The notes beneath the pieces are model-generated. The model did not search any database and was not told the origin of the DNA. It saw only the letters and a list, made by a program, of their open reading frames with translations. This document shows positions 10,090-23,400 of a stretch of 64,000 nt of DNA, one piece after another (within the stretch, counting starts at the first letter, position 1; each line of letters opens with the position of its first letter). A program made the translations under genes and the position numbers. This stretch comes from a virus: the IMG/VR virus record IMGVR_UViG_3300045988_124153; one strand, 5' to 3'.

Positions 10090-12655
10090 GATCATGAGGG
10101 TGTATTATCAGAAAGAACACCAAAGAATTACAAATAATACTGATTCAGGTCAACGGCTGATAGTGACGGACGCCACAGGAGACAGGTGGGGTAAAGTGCG
10201 AAGAGCTCCGGTTCAGGGGAGACGCGGGCTGCATCACATGGCGTAAGGTTACAGTAGATGAAATTATTGAACATTTTAAAAGAAGATAATTATGGGATAT
10301 ATATGTACAAGATGTGGTGGAACAAAGGTTGCTTGTGAAGCCATAGTAAATCCGAATACCAGAGAAATAATAGATTATTTTGATGGATCTTTCGCGCATG
10401 CTATTTGCGGGGATTGTGAAAATGAGGTAATAATATCTAACGTTGAAGAAGTCAAACATGAAATTGATTTAAGATTTCATGAATTTGTAGAAAGAACAGG
10501 TAAGGAGCCTGAATACGTAGAATGTCAGATTGTATGGAAGGAGACAGGAGACGATAAAAGAGCGACAATCAAACTATCGCTGAGTATCAACGATGATGAT
10601 AATGATGATGTTTTTTATTATTGTAATGGGATAGAATCATTTAAGCAACTTGCTGAATACGGGATGGGAGAATTTATCGTAACATTTTGTTGGAGTTTCT
10701 TTTAAGAAATACATTCAGTTATCATTTTTTAATAACATATCTTATGAAAGCACAAGAAGAATATGCCCATGAAATTGACGAAATCGTTCGCCGGGATGTA
10801 GAGAGCTACCAGAGTGACTGGTTTATAATCGACAAGGAGATATTTATGCAGCCAGAGAATAAGAACAAGGCATTTATTTTGGGAACAAGAAAGACCGGGT
10901 GCGATATGATCGTACTTGGAGGTACTAATTGCAGCGGATCCAATATGGATTGGCTTTTCGGTTGCCTTGGCAACCGAAAACTTCTATGTATGCCAGCCAG
11001 TATCTTTCTATAAATCACAACAAGAAATCCAGAAAGTAAATCCGCTTTATGCTTTCAAGGTGGCCACTGCTTATTTTAGAGAACAAGGGAAGGTTCCGGT
11101 ATTTGAAGATAGTAACTGTAGATTAATAAAACTATGAGCATAAAAGTAATAAGATACAGGTTGCCATCTTGTTGGGCTTGTCCGTTAATCAATGATGATT
11201 ACACTGGATTAACGGATGAAGAATGTGAGGAAATCCATAAAATACAAGATATGGAAAGATTGAATTTTGAAACATTGTTTCGTATCGTAAGATGGGATTA
11301 CAACCGTTGCTTTAAGGATGAATCACTGGACAAGGATTTGTTCGTAGAAAAATACGGACGGGTAATGGGTGAACATTATTATAACAAGTTTGTCCATGAA
11401 TTTGACGGAAATATCCTGAAGATGGTTGGTTACTTCAGAGGTTCCGAAAAAGATGGGCAAGTCTTCTGCGATATGATAACAGAACGTATTGAAAAATACG
11501 AAAAGAGAATGTCATATGATAAAGGTAAGTTAAACAATTAAAAAGATATTTATATGAACAATTCAATGGTCGCTCACTTGTGGGCTCATGAACAAGAAGA
11601 ATCAGCATCAGGGAGCAATTTCTTCTTTGAAGGTACAAGTATTTATTCTTATGGGCATCACTTTGAAGTCGGGAGAATAGTAAAAAACAAACAAGGGAAG
11701 AAAGCATACCTGATAAATGAAGATTATTATTCTGTTACCACGAGCAAACATCAATGCTATGTTCGTAATGCGATACCAACTTGGGCAATGGTTTTCAGTG
11801 TAGGGGATAATATATCGGATACTGGTAATATGAGGTTTGTTGCCAGCAAACTGGAATCAATTAAGAAGTCTATTGAAAAATACAAAAGAGCTAAAACAGA
11901 ATTATCTTATACAGATATTTGGGGCGCTTTTGGGAATATGATGGATTACATTCAGTTCTTTAACATGGGGACTGCTAAGAGTATCCTTAAAAAGAGTGCT
12001 AATGATTGGCTTGGAACCAATCATGAATTATCCAAGAGCGGAGATAGTATCAAGCGTAAGCACGTACATGAATTAAAACGCATCTTTCAAATTTTATTAG
12101 ATCATCAAGGATTAAAAGTGTTAGGGACCGTAAATGTGATTGTTGATGAAGTTTGCGGGGAAGGTACATGGATTAAGTATTCAGAAAGATCTGAAAGATG
12201 GAGAAAGGGTGAGGAAGAAAGAGAAAGAATAAAATTAGAGAGATTAAGAAAGGAAGAAGAAGCCCGTTACAAGGATTTTGATGAAAAACTGGAAGAGTGG
12301 AAGTCAGGAGAAATCAATTTCTTGAATACACCTTTCTATATTCCTGGTGAAAAACCTAACGCCTGGATTCGTATAAAAGGAAATATTATTGAGACAAGTA
12401 AACAGATAAAGATTGGAATAGCAGAAGCCAGAAAACTGTGGCGGGCCGTGTCGGAAATGCACCGGGGCGCCGAGTTTCGGCACGGTCTGGTGGAGGATGT
12501 CACCGGCCACCAGTGGAGTCTAAATCGGTACGAAAACGATTTGTTAACCGCTGGATGCCACCGGATTGCATATAGCGAGATGGAAAGTATTGCGAAACAA
12601 CTGGGATGGGCGTAAGTAACCCATCCTGTTTTATAACAATTAAAAACGAAAAGAT

Positions 12656-13394
12656 ATGGAAAATTCAATTATTGTTCCGTTTGATTTAAATACGGCGAGA
12701 AAAATTAAAAGCGGAGAAATAGAAGGTTCGGTATTAATTGATAATATTGAAATAGAATTTGTATATGAGTCGAAAGACTGTGCAGGTCCTTATAATTTGC
12801 TTTTTGTAAAAAAAAGATGGATATGGGATAAGTGCTATATATGCCAACACGGAAGGTTGTACTATTGGCGGCACCACTCTGGAATTGAAAGTAGAGGCTG
12901 GAGCGTATTTTAAGAAAGGAGATGTATTAACAAGCACTAATGGATATCAATTCATATATGATGGAATTATTACCAAAGGGATAATGGGATGTATATGCGG
13001 AATGGCATCATTTGGAGATATTGGGTTTGATTACAAATTATGGACTGATGTGTATGACGAATATAGAAAACGGCATGTAAGAAAGGCTATAGAGGAAGAG
13101 AAGAAATTTTTAGCAGAAAAGATTATAAAAGCCGAAGACAGTAGAAAAATAGATATAATAAAACGATATTTAAGTGAATATGAGTATCTATTAGATGAGA
13201 TGCCGAAACGCGACTTCAAACCATTTGAACGAGTGCTGGTGAGAAGAACTAACCAAGAGAGGTGGAAATTGCATTTATTTTCCAGAGAATCAGTAGGAGA
13301 TAATAAATACGAATGCTTAGGAGGGGTAGGATTTAGTCAATGTATCCCATACGAAGGCAACAAACATCTTTTAGGAACTAATAAAAACAAATAA
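12656..13394 (+). CDS. Paralog 1 of a duplicated gene. The N-terminal part (frame of 12656; MENSIIVPFDLNTARK...) and the C-terminal part (frame of 12885) join only by a +1 shift at the A8 tract 12808-12815
   Basis: Conceptual translation of both frames aligns to paralog 2 on either side of the A8 run (…NLLFVKK / KDGYG…LELKVEAGAYFKKGDVL). Confidence 0.5.
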
Positions 13395-13398
13395 GATT

Positions 13399-14129
13399 AT
13401 GGAATATAAAATGGTAACAATCCCGTTTGATTTAGAAACGGCGAAAAAATAAACATAGGGGAAAGAGCAGGTCAGATTGTGACAGAGAAAGGACGAAATA
13501 GAGCAGAAATCGTATATGAAGACAATTCGTCAATTTGTCCGTTATTGGTTGTAATTCATTCTATTTCTGTATCGGCAGATTGGTTTTCTGCTACAGGAAA
13601 AGCATTTAGCAGCGAAAATCGCCTCCTTCTTGAAGTCCCGGAATATACTACATTTAAAGATGGAGATGTGTTAAGCAACGAAGAAGGAAATTTTATTTTT
13701 ATCTTAAATGCTAATGGGAAATATTTAACATCTTTGTATGCGAGTCTTGCAGCGGGAACAAGTCTTAATATATCGGATAATGTTGCTGCACACGAAAACC
13801 ACATAGAATGTTATAGACTTGCAACAGATTCGGAAAAACAGAAGATGATTAAAGCGTTAAAGAAAAGCGAAAATCCTAAAGCAAAAGAATATCTGAAACG
13901 CTTCTTCGGGATTAAAGAAGAGCCGAAATATGATTTTAAGCCGTTTGATAAAGTGCTGGTAAGAAAAGAAGGAAATAAAAAATGGAATATCAGTTTGTTT
14001 GCAAGGGAATTTGTGGACGATTATAATGGATTGCCTTATAAGTACGAATGTTCTAATGGAACATTATGGGATTATTGTATTCATTTTGAGGGAAACGAGC
14101 ATCTTTTAGGAACTGACGAGGCGCTTTAA
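13399..14129 (+). CDS. Paralog 2 (MEYKMVTIPFDLETAKK / INIGERAGQIV...), requiring a -1 shift at the A6 tract 13444-13449; the C-terminus (DFKPF(E/D)(R/K)VLVR...HLLGT) is shared with paralog 1
   Basis: An 18-codon ORF at 13399 ends at the A-run; its continuation in the track ORF 13479-14129 frame is homologous to the paralog 1 N-terminal part. Confidence 0.5.
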
Positions 14130-15240
14130 TGTACGCAAATTAGAGTTGCAAGAATATCTGTCCCCAGATATTCTTGAAAATGGAACATATATGAAAATAG
14201 AATACATACAAAAATGTAAATACGGCGCAGTCACTATCAGATTTGATAATGGTGCTTCGAATAGCATGTTTTGGGAAACATTTGAAAAATTGGATTTGGA
14301 TACTGGTGATGCCACATGGCTTCACCAGTCCTACTGCTGCAACCACTGCGTCAACCATTGGGGAATAGACTTATGCGAGTGTGGATCCGGCGCAAGAGTT
14401 GGTGAATGTGGATCCCAAAAGGCACATGACACATTAGGGGTTAAATATGATTCGTTTGGAGCAATATTAAAAAACTTTGGATAATGGATATAGTAAGCAA
14501 ATACACCGCCTTGTTAGGACAACAGAAGCTAAAAGAATCATTTGTGAAAGATTTGGAGCTTGTATTATCAAGAAAAAATCCTAATATAGAAAAAGGGAAA
14601 CTTAATTTCATTCGTTATTCAGAAATGAAAAATTGGAGTGTAAGAGAGTTGTTTGGTGAAGACTTGGGACAAGCTGATAGGGCTTTAATAAACAAGGTGT
14701 ATCATATGCTATTTGATATAGGTTCGGATTTTGAATCGGTTATAAGAATGCTATATAGCTTTCGTAACGGACCTAAATCGGGGATAAAAGTGGCGGATCC
14801 AGAGGATAATTACGAATGGACTAACAAGGACGGAAATGAAAAATATTCTACTAAAAATCTCCCAAAAGCGCATTTTAGATGGGATTGGAGAAGATATACC
14901 TTATCAAAAGAATCCGTTGATAAAATAACGGAGTTTGTAGACACCATATTAGAATCATAGAGAAATTATGAACGAAGTAATTTTAAGCAACATGTTAGGA
15001 TGTCAGACATATTGTATATCAGACAGTCCTTCGAATAGATACTGTCTTATTGGACCTATTGAGTGCAATGAGAAGTTAATAGAAGTGTTTAAGAAGGGGA
15101 TAACAGTAAAACTCAAATACGTGGAAAAACGGGTCCTGGATGCATTTACGGACAACGGAATCGACCTGAGTAATTACACTCATTGTATTATTGTGAAGCG
15201 GAATTTTTATCTCGCTTGGTAACGGCAAAACATAAACAAT

Positions 15241-15903
15241 ATGAATAATTTTGTAATAGATACTCCAGATAATTTCTGGCAAATAAGATGGCTTGACAAG
15301 TATATGGAAGGCCACAAAGGATTCATAGCTGGTGGATGTTTTAAAAATATCCTTTCCGGAGAAAGAGTAAAAGACATTGATATTTTCTTTGAAAGTGAAA
15401 GCGATTTTCAGGAGGCTATTGATTCGTTCAATGATGAAAAACATCAGAAGGAAGGATGGAGATTTAAGTACAGAAATGAGAAGGCATGTGCATTCCAGAA
15501 AGAGGGAGAAAAAGTATGGATAGAGTTCATAGAGTCAGAGTTTGGAAAGCCAGAAGAGATTCTTAGGAGCTTCGATTTTACTGTGACAAAAATGGCCTAC
15601 TATAAGGAGCCTAAATACGAAGAAAAAGAAGATGATTATTTTCCATTCTCATCTGCAAGTATAGTAGCATACGAGTACAAACTACTCTATCATGAGAAAT
15701 TCTTCGAACATCTTCATATGAAGAGACTGGTTATTGACGAGAATATCCCTTTTCCAGTAAGCACATGGGAGCGCTCATATCGGTATAAAGGATATGGTTA
15801 CAATATGTGCCGGGAGACAAAGAAAAAACTTCTACAGGCTATTAAAGGTGTAAACGTAGAGGAGGAAGATGTATCTTTGTACACTACTGGAGGATGGGAT
15901 TAA
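15241..15903 (+). CDS. Nucleotidyltransferase (Pol-beta superfamily) with a head domain like CCA-adding enzyme or poly(A) polymerase: FIAGGCFKNILSGERVKDIDIFF
   Basis: The GG...R..DID motif is typical of tRNA nucleotidyltransferase and PAP head domains. Confidence 0.45.
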   Translation: MNNFVIDTPDNFWQIRWLDKYMEGHKGFIAGGCFKNILSGERVKDIDIFFESESDFQEAIDSFNDEKHQKEGWRFKYRNEKACAFQKEGEKVWIEFIESEFGKPEEILRSFDFTVTKMAYYKEPKYEEKEDDYFPFSSASIVAYEYKLLYHEKFFEHLHMKRLVIDENIPFPVSTWERSYRYKGYGYNMCRETKKKLLQAIKGVNVEEEDVSLYTTGGWD

Positions 15904-16372
15904 CCTATAAAACAAAATTGCTTATGAAAACATTAGAACAACTTAAAGAATTAGCATCAAAATGTTTAGACGGTAGAGATTTTAATAGACTGGCTAAATT
16001 TGTTCCATATAGCATGATAAAGGATTTCGGTATGGAGCCGAATGAAGAATATGACAACGAGGAAAAGTGGAACAGTACTGTAGTTGAATTTACCAGAGAA
16101 AATGTCCTGAAACAGCTTGAAGAAGACGTGAGATTCGGTTTTGAAAAGGCATTAAATCAGAGAGGAATATCAGCCAGTTTGATGTTTGAATGTGTGATGA
16201 TGTGGAACTACATTCTGGAAGAAGGTCTTGAAAGCTGGGGTGAGGATGATTATGCATTTTATGGACTCCCTCTATTTAAAGCTACGGCTGTAAAATATGG
16301 ATGGGACAATCCGATAGGGGAAGACAGTGGGAGAGAAAGAAAATATGATTCACAATATTAAATCGGTATATT

Positions 16373-17209
16373 ATGAGCACAAGTAAAGAATACAAGGCAG
16401 TAAGGAACTTCATATTAAATGAACTTCACCTTACCAAAGAAGATATAATAAAAAACATAGAGCCATTATTGGAAAAACTCGTAAAACAGTGTATGCTTAA
16501 TACATACGGAGGAAACAATCAGATAGAACATTGGATCAGATGTATGGTAGCAGATGAGCTTAAACAAAGGGATTATGGTTTTGTAGAAAGAATAAGCAAG
16601 GAAATCATAAAAGCTCATGTGTTGAATGAGTTGAACATAATTGTAAGTCCCAAAAATAAAAGATGCGTATGTGAAAATAGAGTACCATCAAGAAAAGATG
16701 GTTTGTATCTAATCTACGGAAATGGACACGCTGAGCCGTTTACCGGCGATAACTCCAAAGATTGTGTACAATACATCGGGTTGAAGCACAGATACATGTC
16801 ATTTGCAATCTCACTGACGGAGCATGATATCGTACAATTGCTTGACGATGATAGCCGTGAAGAATCCGGAAGTGGGACATATTACGAACGTGAATGTGAT
16901 GCGCTGTTTGACATTGACGGACGCGGCAATACGGAACGTCTTGTAGCCAGAAATCCAAAATTGAGAAATCTGCTGGAAGATGGCGAGTATATACCATCTC
17001 TTGGTCAATTAAATTTAATGGCCCATTATATGGACGAACTAAACAAAGCATTCGCTTATGTTTCGGCATCTCCCCTCTCCTCGACGTGGTATTGGTCCAG
17101 CACTGAGAGCAGCCAGGCCGTCGCGTGGTACGTGGTCTTCTCCAGTGGCCTCACGGGCACCGGCAACAAGCACATCGGAGACATGGTTCGGACGGTAATT
17201 GATTTTTAA
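16373..17209 (+). CDS. Hypothetical protein with a DUF1566/FISUMP-like C-terminal motif (YWSSTESSQAVAWYVVFSSG...VRTV)
   Basis: The YWSST...AW.V.F..G...VR(C)V signature sits in a GC-rich island at 17040-17180. Confidence 0.4.
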   Translation: MSTSKEYKAVRNFILNELHLTKEDIIKNIEPLLEKLVKQCMLNTYGGNNQIEHWIRCMVADELKQRDYGFVERISKEIIKAHVLNELNIIVSPKNKRCVCENRVPSRKDGLYLIYGNGHAEPFTGDNSKDCVQYIGLKHRYMSFAISLTEHDIVQLLDDDSREESGSGTYYERECDALFDIDGRGNTERLVARNPKLRNLLEDGEYIPSLGQLNLMAHYMDELNKAFAYVSASPLSSTWYWSSTESSQAVAWYVVFSSGLTGTGNKHIGDMVRTVIDF

Positions 17210-17220
17210 AAAGGATTACA

Positions 17221-18018
17221 ATGATAACATCAGTAAAAATAAAAGACAATACAAAAACTCCATTTGAATATGTTTCGGATATAGAAGCATTTGAAAATGG
17301 CAGAGAATTTATTTTCAAGCCAGGAGTGAATGTGATTATAGGGAAAAACGGTAGTGGAAAATCAACCTTGCTTAACATCATATCAATGTATGCGTTATGC
17401 GAGAAGTCCATGTGCTCTGAAATACCGATCGAGGCACTGGATTTTCCACCTATATTTGATGATGATGACAAGGTTCTTGATGGGATTGACATATTATCCG
17501 ATTATGCAGGAAAGGTATTCCGTTTATTGCCATCGGCGGAGATGAATCGAGATAGCGTATTGAAAAACATCAGCAACTTAGATTTGTATGTGAATAATAT
17601 TCGAAGATCTTATGGAGAGAAAGTGGTGTTATCATTGGAATCACTTTTCAATTTAATGTTCGGTCAAAAGGATTATACGTTTCCAATACAAGATCTTGTA
17701 GAATACAAGAAAAAATCAAATGCGTTTTGGATTAAAAGAATTGATAACCTGTTGAAGTATTATGAAAGAAACCGCATAACATTAACAGAAAGCAGTTTTG
17801 AATACACGGTTCTCATGGATGAGCCAGATAGGAATCTTGACATTGACAACATAATGCAAATTTATAATGTATTGTCATTCCATAAACCACAAACACAAAT
17901 TATAGCCATAGTACACAATCCGGCATTGATTTACAAGTTAAGCAAATTAGATTGTGTGAACTTTATAGAGATGACAGAAGGGTATCTTAGTAAAACTTGT
18001 ATATTTGTATCTAACTAA
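17221..18018 (+). CDS. Small ABC/AAA-type ATPase (Walker A GKNGSGKST, Walker B VLMDEPDRNLD), AAA_15/21-like
   Basis: P-loop and D-E-containing Walker B read directly; such ATPases are common in abortive-infection and defence or anti-defence modules. Confidence 0.55.
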   Translation: MITSVKIKDNTKTPFEYVSDIEAFENGREFIFKPGVNVIIGKNGSGKSTLLNIISMYALCEKSMCSEIPIEALDFPPIFDDDDKVLDGIDILSDYAGKVFRLLPSAEMNRDSVLKNISNLDLYVNNIRRSYGEKVVLSLESLFNLMFGQKDYTFPIQDLVEYKKKSNAFWIKRIDNLLKYYERNRITLTESSFEYTVLMDEPDRNLDIDNIMQIYNVLSFHKPQTQIIAIVHNPALIYKLSKLDCVNFIEMTEGYLSKTCIFVSN

Positions 18019-21000
18019 TTAAAAGTGAAATGGACTGGAAGAAATACAAAGAGGAAAAACCTTCAGAGGGAGAAGAAGTGTTGGCTTATCACCCAAGTTG
18101 GATAGATGAAGATTTCAACCCAAGAGGTATAAGAATAGGGTTTTGGAATGGAGGAGACGATTTTAAATCGGCTCATTGGTGGGATTATCAAGATTGTTAT
18201 ATCACAATCTCTCATTGTGATTGTGATGATAATTCTCTTTTCAGTGATAGAATAAAAAACAGCATAGAGCCAGAGTTATGGATATCACTTGATGTTATTA
18301 CAAATTACTTACCTAACATAAAACAAAATCACTTATCACAATGAGCTATTTTATATTAATGGGAAGAAGAATCCCCAAGCAAGCTATAACAGGCTTCAAG
18401 TTCCAAAATGAAACAGATAACATTCGTCCTTTTCTGTCAATCAGGATAAGGGGAAAGGACGAAATTATACCTTTCAAAGATAAAAAGGAGATACAGTCTG
18501 TAAAAGCGCATCTGTGTTCTGTCTTCTCCGGATTTGTAAAAATAGGCGACTGGTATCTCAAGATGTCGGAAGTTAAGGAATATAAGCCGGTGACCGCCGA
18601 AGACATGAACCCCTACATCTTGTTTAAGACATCTAAGTTCGGAAACATAAAAGTTCGTTTCCCGAAAGATGAAGATATGGATGCAGAATTATTGGTGTTA
18701 GATCAACTTTTTGATGTAGAATGAATTATTGATCATATTTTAGAAATCATGACCTGGAAAGAATTAAAAGACAAAATATCCCTTATGACAGAAGAAGAGC
18801 AACGACAAGAAGTTGCAGTATGGGGAGAAAATATGAATCTAATGAAAGATTGTTCCTTGGAGAAAACAGACGAGGATATGTACTACAACTCTGAATGGGA
18901 TTATACTTGTGAAGAGAGTGAATTGGAACCGGAAGACAAGAATGACCCTGATGTACATAAGGTATATGAAGCAGGAATGTATTATATTTATTCGAATTGA
19001 TTTTAAAAAGATCTGATTATGGCAGCATTAACAACACTAAATATAACGGAAAAGAACGCTAATAACAGTTTGTCTGTAACTGCTAAAGTGAATGTCACCA
19101 AAGAAGGAGTGTTTACCACTACCTTGTCAAAAGAAGATGTGGACAAGATTCATTCTTATGGGATCAAATTACCTACAAACAGATTAGGCAACGAAGGATA
19201 TTTCAATAGTATAGCACTTTCTGATTTGGAAAGTCAAATCAGGGAAGTTCTGAAGAGATGTTTGAGTTATAAAATAGTAGAAGAAGTGCCTGTTATTAAG
19301 TATCAACTGGAAACGAATTGCACGTTTTCATATGACAAAAACGGAAATATTGTCCCTAACCCCTCTAAGGAATGGACAGGAGGCGATGAAAATGGAGAAT
19401 GGAGGGATGGAACTTCCCGTTTAGATGCCTTAAACGCCCAACCTTTCGGTTTTAGTGTTTATGCAAAACCATTTCTAAAAAGAGTAATTGAATATGAAAA
19501 TGGAGAGACAAAAGTAGAATACAGCAGGTTAAATACAGAAAAAGGAACCTATGCGCACTGGCTGAATTGTGTAACGAGCATATCATACAATAGATATAAA
19601 CAGGTAATGGAAGTGGAGTGTAACGAATGTACCTCGAAATTATTCGTTGATATGATCAAGTCCATTTGTAATATAAGCGAACAAGTTAAGAGTTTTATCA
19701 ATCCAGAACAAATAAAAGCAATTGCGGGGTCGAATGAACCGATTTTGCTTTTATCTAACAACTAAAAAATCATGAGGTGTGTATGTGTTTTTATCTGCTT
19801 TCTGTTATGGCTTATTTTTTACGTTGTTATTATCATTCACTGTCATAGGATTGGTTATAAGCGTGAGTGATGAATGGCAGGAAATGGGTGACAAAATAAT
19901 AGATAAACTTTAATAAAATATGAATAAGAATATAATCAACAACGCTCAACTTTTAGAGATTAAAACTAAGATTAGACAGCTTGGAGCAATGATGAATGCA
20001 TATCAATGCAGGTTTGTGGTTTCTTCGGGTCAATTGTTTTTTGTGGATGATGAATATGCTGGAACGGTTAAACTGACTAATCTTGATAATGGAGAATCTA
20101 ACATATCATTCCCTTCATGTGACGATGGATTGATAATCAATCCAGCCGATAAGCATATTAAATAATTTCAAAACTAAAAATATTTAAATTAATTAAACAA
20201 TAATAAGACATGAAACAAGATATAGAATATGCTGTTCCTCTTTTTAAAGCTGGTGCAGAGTGGCGCATTAACAGCGTATGGCATTCTATAACAGTAATTC
20301 CAGATTGCCACCGTTTTATTGTGTTTCTCCCTAAGAAATCAACAACAGGATCAAAGAATCCAATTATGGGTATATTGGAAGAGAACAGAACTTTTATATC
20401 CAGCCGTCCAGGATGTATTTTATGCAGATTAGATGAAATGGAATCATGGGCTTATTTGGATGATCTATTACCTTAGGTAATTATATACTCAATTAATTAT
20501 TCATTTTTAAAAGTTAGAGTTATGAGACAAAAAAGGAAAAACACTTCATCCAATTTGGAGAAACAAAAAAAATGTACTGATAAGTATGAATACATATATT
20601 TGCCAAAAGATCCGTTTAAGAAGCATCCTAATAAAAAAGGAGAATGTTATTTAATTCGTAGAGGCGAGGTCTAATACCGGAATGCAAAACGTTTTAGGAC
20701 TTGACGATCCTAATGATAGATCGGGTACAAAATTAGTAAAAATACTATCCTCTAAAGCTATAAGCGACTGTATTCAAGATGGTTATTTATCGGTAAAAGA
20801 TAAGCCATTTCCTTGTTTTAAAGAAAATAGAAGAATGAATAAATTAAGAAGAAAATTTGAAAGGTTATGACCGACAGAGAGCTTCTTGAAGAAAACAATA
20901 AGATGTTAAAGGAAATCCTAAGTTTTGTGAGAAAAGTCGATTCTGTTGAATACAGGGATCATCATGACTTTATGGAATTTCTTAGAAATGTGGCAGCCGA

Positions 21001-23400
21001 TATATGGGTAGAATATACGGAGCCTGAACAAAGAGGTAGATTGTTTAATTTAATAAATAAAAAGAAATGAAAACAGTTTTTGATTTAAGCAGCGATGAGA
21101 TTGTGGCATTGACAGACGAAGAGATAAGTCTGTATATAGACAAAGAGCTTGCTGGTAAGGGTATTCCAATTGAAGCTAAAAATTGGAATATAAAGAACGA
21201 AAAGGAAGTTGTGTACCCGGATTGCGGGGTTCCGATATTTGTCATTAAAGACATAGGTGTAGGATTTAGAAAGATAGAGGACGCTACAGAGGTGGCGAAT
21301 TTACTGGTCAGGTCCAGGGCTTTTAAAGTGAATTCAAAGTATTTAAACCGATCTTATGAGAGGTTAAACGTCATAAACGAGGGCGTCGTGCCGGCAGTAG
21401 AGGGTTGCGTAGGATACACCAATGAAGAATTTGAAAGAGTTAACAAAGAAAACAATGATCCTGAATCAGAAAAAATAGGATCATTTAATAAGACGGTAGA
21501 GGAAGCCAACAACATAAGAAGCCGAGTGTTGAAATACGTGGACAAGATAAAACAGGAGCGTGCGTACAACATCGACCTTTGCATGACTTTCGAGAGATAT
21601 ATTGAGATAGCAGATAAAGATGCGGAGCGGGCTATGGCTTTCTTGAAAGAAGCCTACCCGTTTAATGAAGAAACAGAAGTCTTTATCAGGAAAAGATACA
21701 ATATGTCTATCAGTGTTGACCCGGAAGAAATTAATTTACATTAAATCATTTTGTTTCTTATTAAGCAACAAAAGACATATCTTTGTCCGAAAAGTAAGAA
21801 ACATGAAAGAGGAAGAAGAAAAGATTAAAGAGGCTATGGCTGAAGCCTTGATACATTTAGAAGGTTGCAAATATTTTGTGGTCACGATAGTAAACGAAGA
21901 AGAATGTAGGTTTGATATGAGTCAGCGTATGTCTCCTCGTCAACTGGCTTTGGTTATAAAAGGTGTATTATCAAATAATAATATGATGATGATGGATGTA
22001 CTACAATGGTGCTCAGCCAGGCTTCAAACAGAAATAGAAAAAGGAAAGAAATCAACTAATTAAATATTAATGCAATGAATCGCTGGTTTGAAATTACGGT
22101 AAAAGCCGAGATTGATAATATCGAGAACGGCAAAAAAAAGAAAGTAACTGAAAAGTATTTAGTGGATGCCTTGTCTTACACAGAGGCAGAATCAAGATCG
22201 TTGGAGATCTTCAAGGATTTGTACAATTCTTTCGAGGTTGTAAAAATTAATCCTATTAAAGTGTCGGAAATCTTCTTCAACGGAGAAGCTGAGTACTGGT
22301 ATAAGTGTAAGGTGAATTACATTACACTGGATGAAAAGAAAGGTAAAGAAAAGAAAACTCCATGCTATATGTATATCCAGGCCGGCAATCCTAAGGATGC
22401 CGAAGCTGTGTTGACTAAAGGTATGCAGGGTACGTTAGGAGACTGGAATTGCGAGTCTATTGTGGAAACGAAAATCATTGAAGTGTTTAAATACGATCTT
22501 CAGAAGGGAGCTGAAAAATTAGGCGAGAAGAAGAGTGAAGAGTAAGGCTGATGTAGTTTCCAACATAGCGCTTGTTGTGGCGATAATATCATTGCTTTCA
22601 GCAGGCGCTTTCCTTCTGATAGTGATTAAGACAGACGAGGTATCTAAATTGTTAATGAACGTACCTTATCTACTGGCTTCAGCGGGATTGTTCTTTTCAA
22701 TAATATCATTATTATTCGAATGGAAAGCAAGGAAAAGAAGCTATACGTCTGCGAACGATGTGGACGAAAAGTGATGATAAGAAGTCATGGCTTATGCCAG
22801 GCTTGCAGGAGCAAAGAGTTGACTCCGAAGAAAAAAAACAGAATTACATCCATTAAAAACAGCAGCAAGAAGAAAAAGTTAGAGAACCCGGATTTATCCG
22901 GGTTTTTTCGTCTTATGTTGGAGGAGTTGAGTACTATTCGAATGTCTATGACTGGTAAAGCTATTCATTTTCCTACAGTATGTAACGTCTGTCACATACT
23001 TCCGAAAAGGTTATATAAGTCGGTTGCCACTTGCAGGGATAATATAGTTTTCCTTCATGAATCAGAGCATACGGTATTCGACATGTATCTTGACCGGATG
23101 GAATTTGATAAACTTGAAACAGAATTTCCTTTTGTGTGGAAGTATGCGGTAAAGAAGGTGCTGGATATGGAAAGCAGGGGAATGATTAAAGAAAGAGGTA
23201 GATTAATTATTGAAATAATTGACAGATATGAGAAAACTTTATAAAATAAGAATAGAAGCTGACGATGAAACTATCTTTTATGCTCACATACAGAGAGAAA
23301 GTTATGGTAAGGATATAGCTATCGCAGTGAAAGATAGAGATAAAGATGAAGTGGAAACAGTGTTACATTGTATTAAAGAAGAATTGATTAGAGGAAGATC

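Noticed and set aside
9767-10123. Minus-strand ORF reading the G9 tract as PPP
   Set aside because: It is antisense to a well-supported + strand gene and is low-complexity (FFLIIHPHDPPP), so it is probably spurious; the tract itself is still reported.
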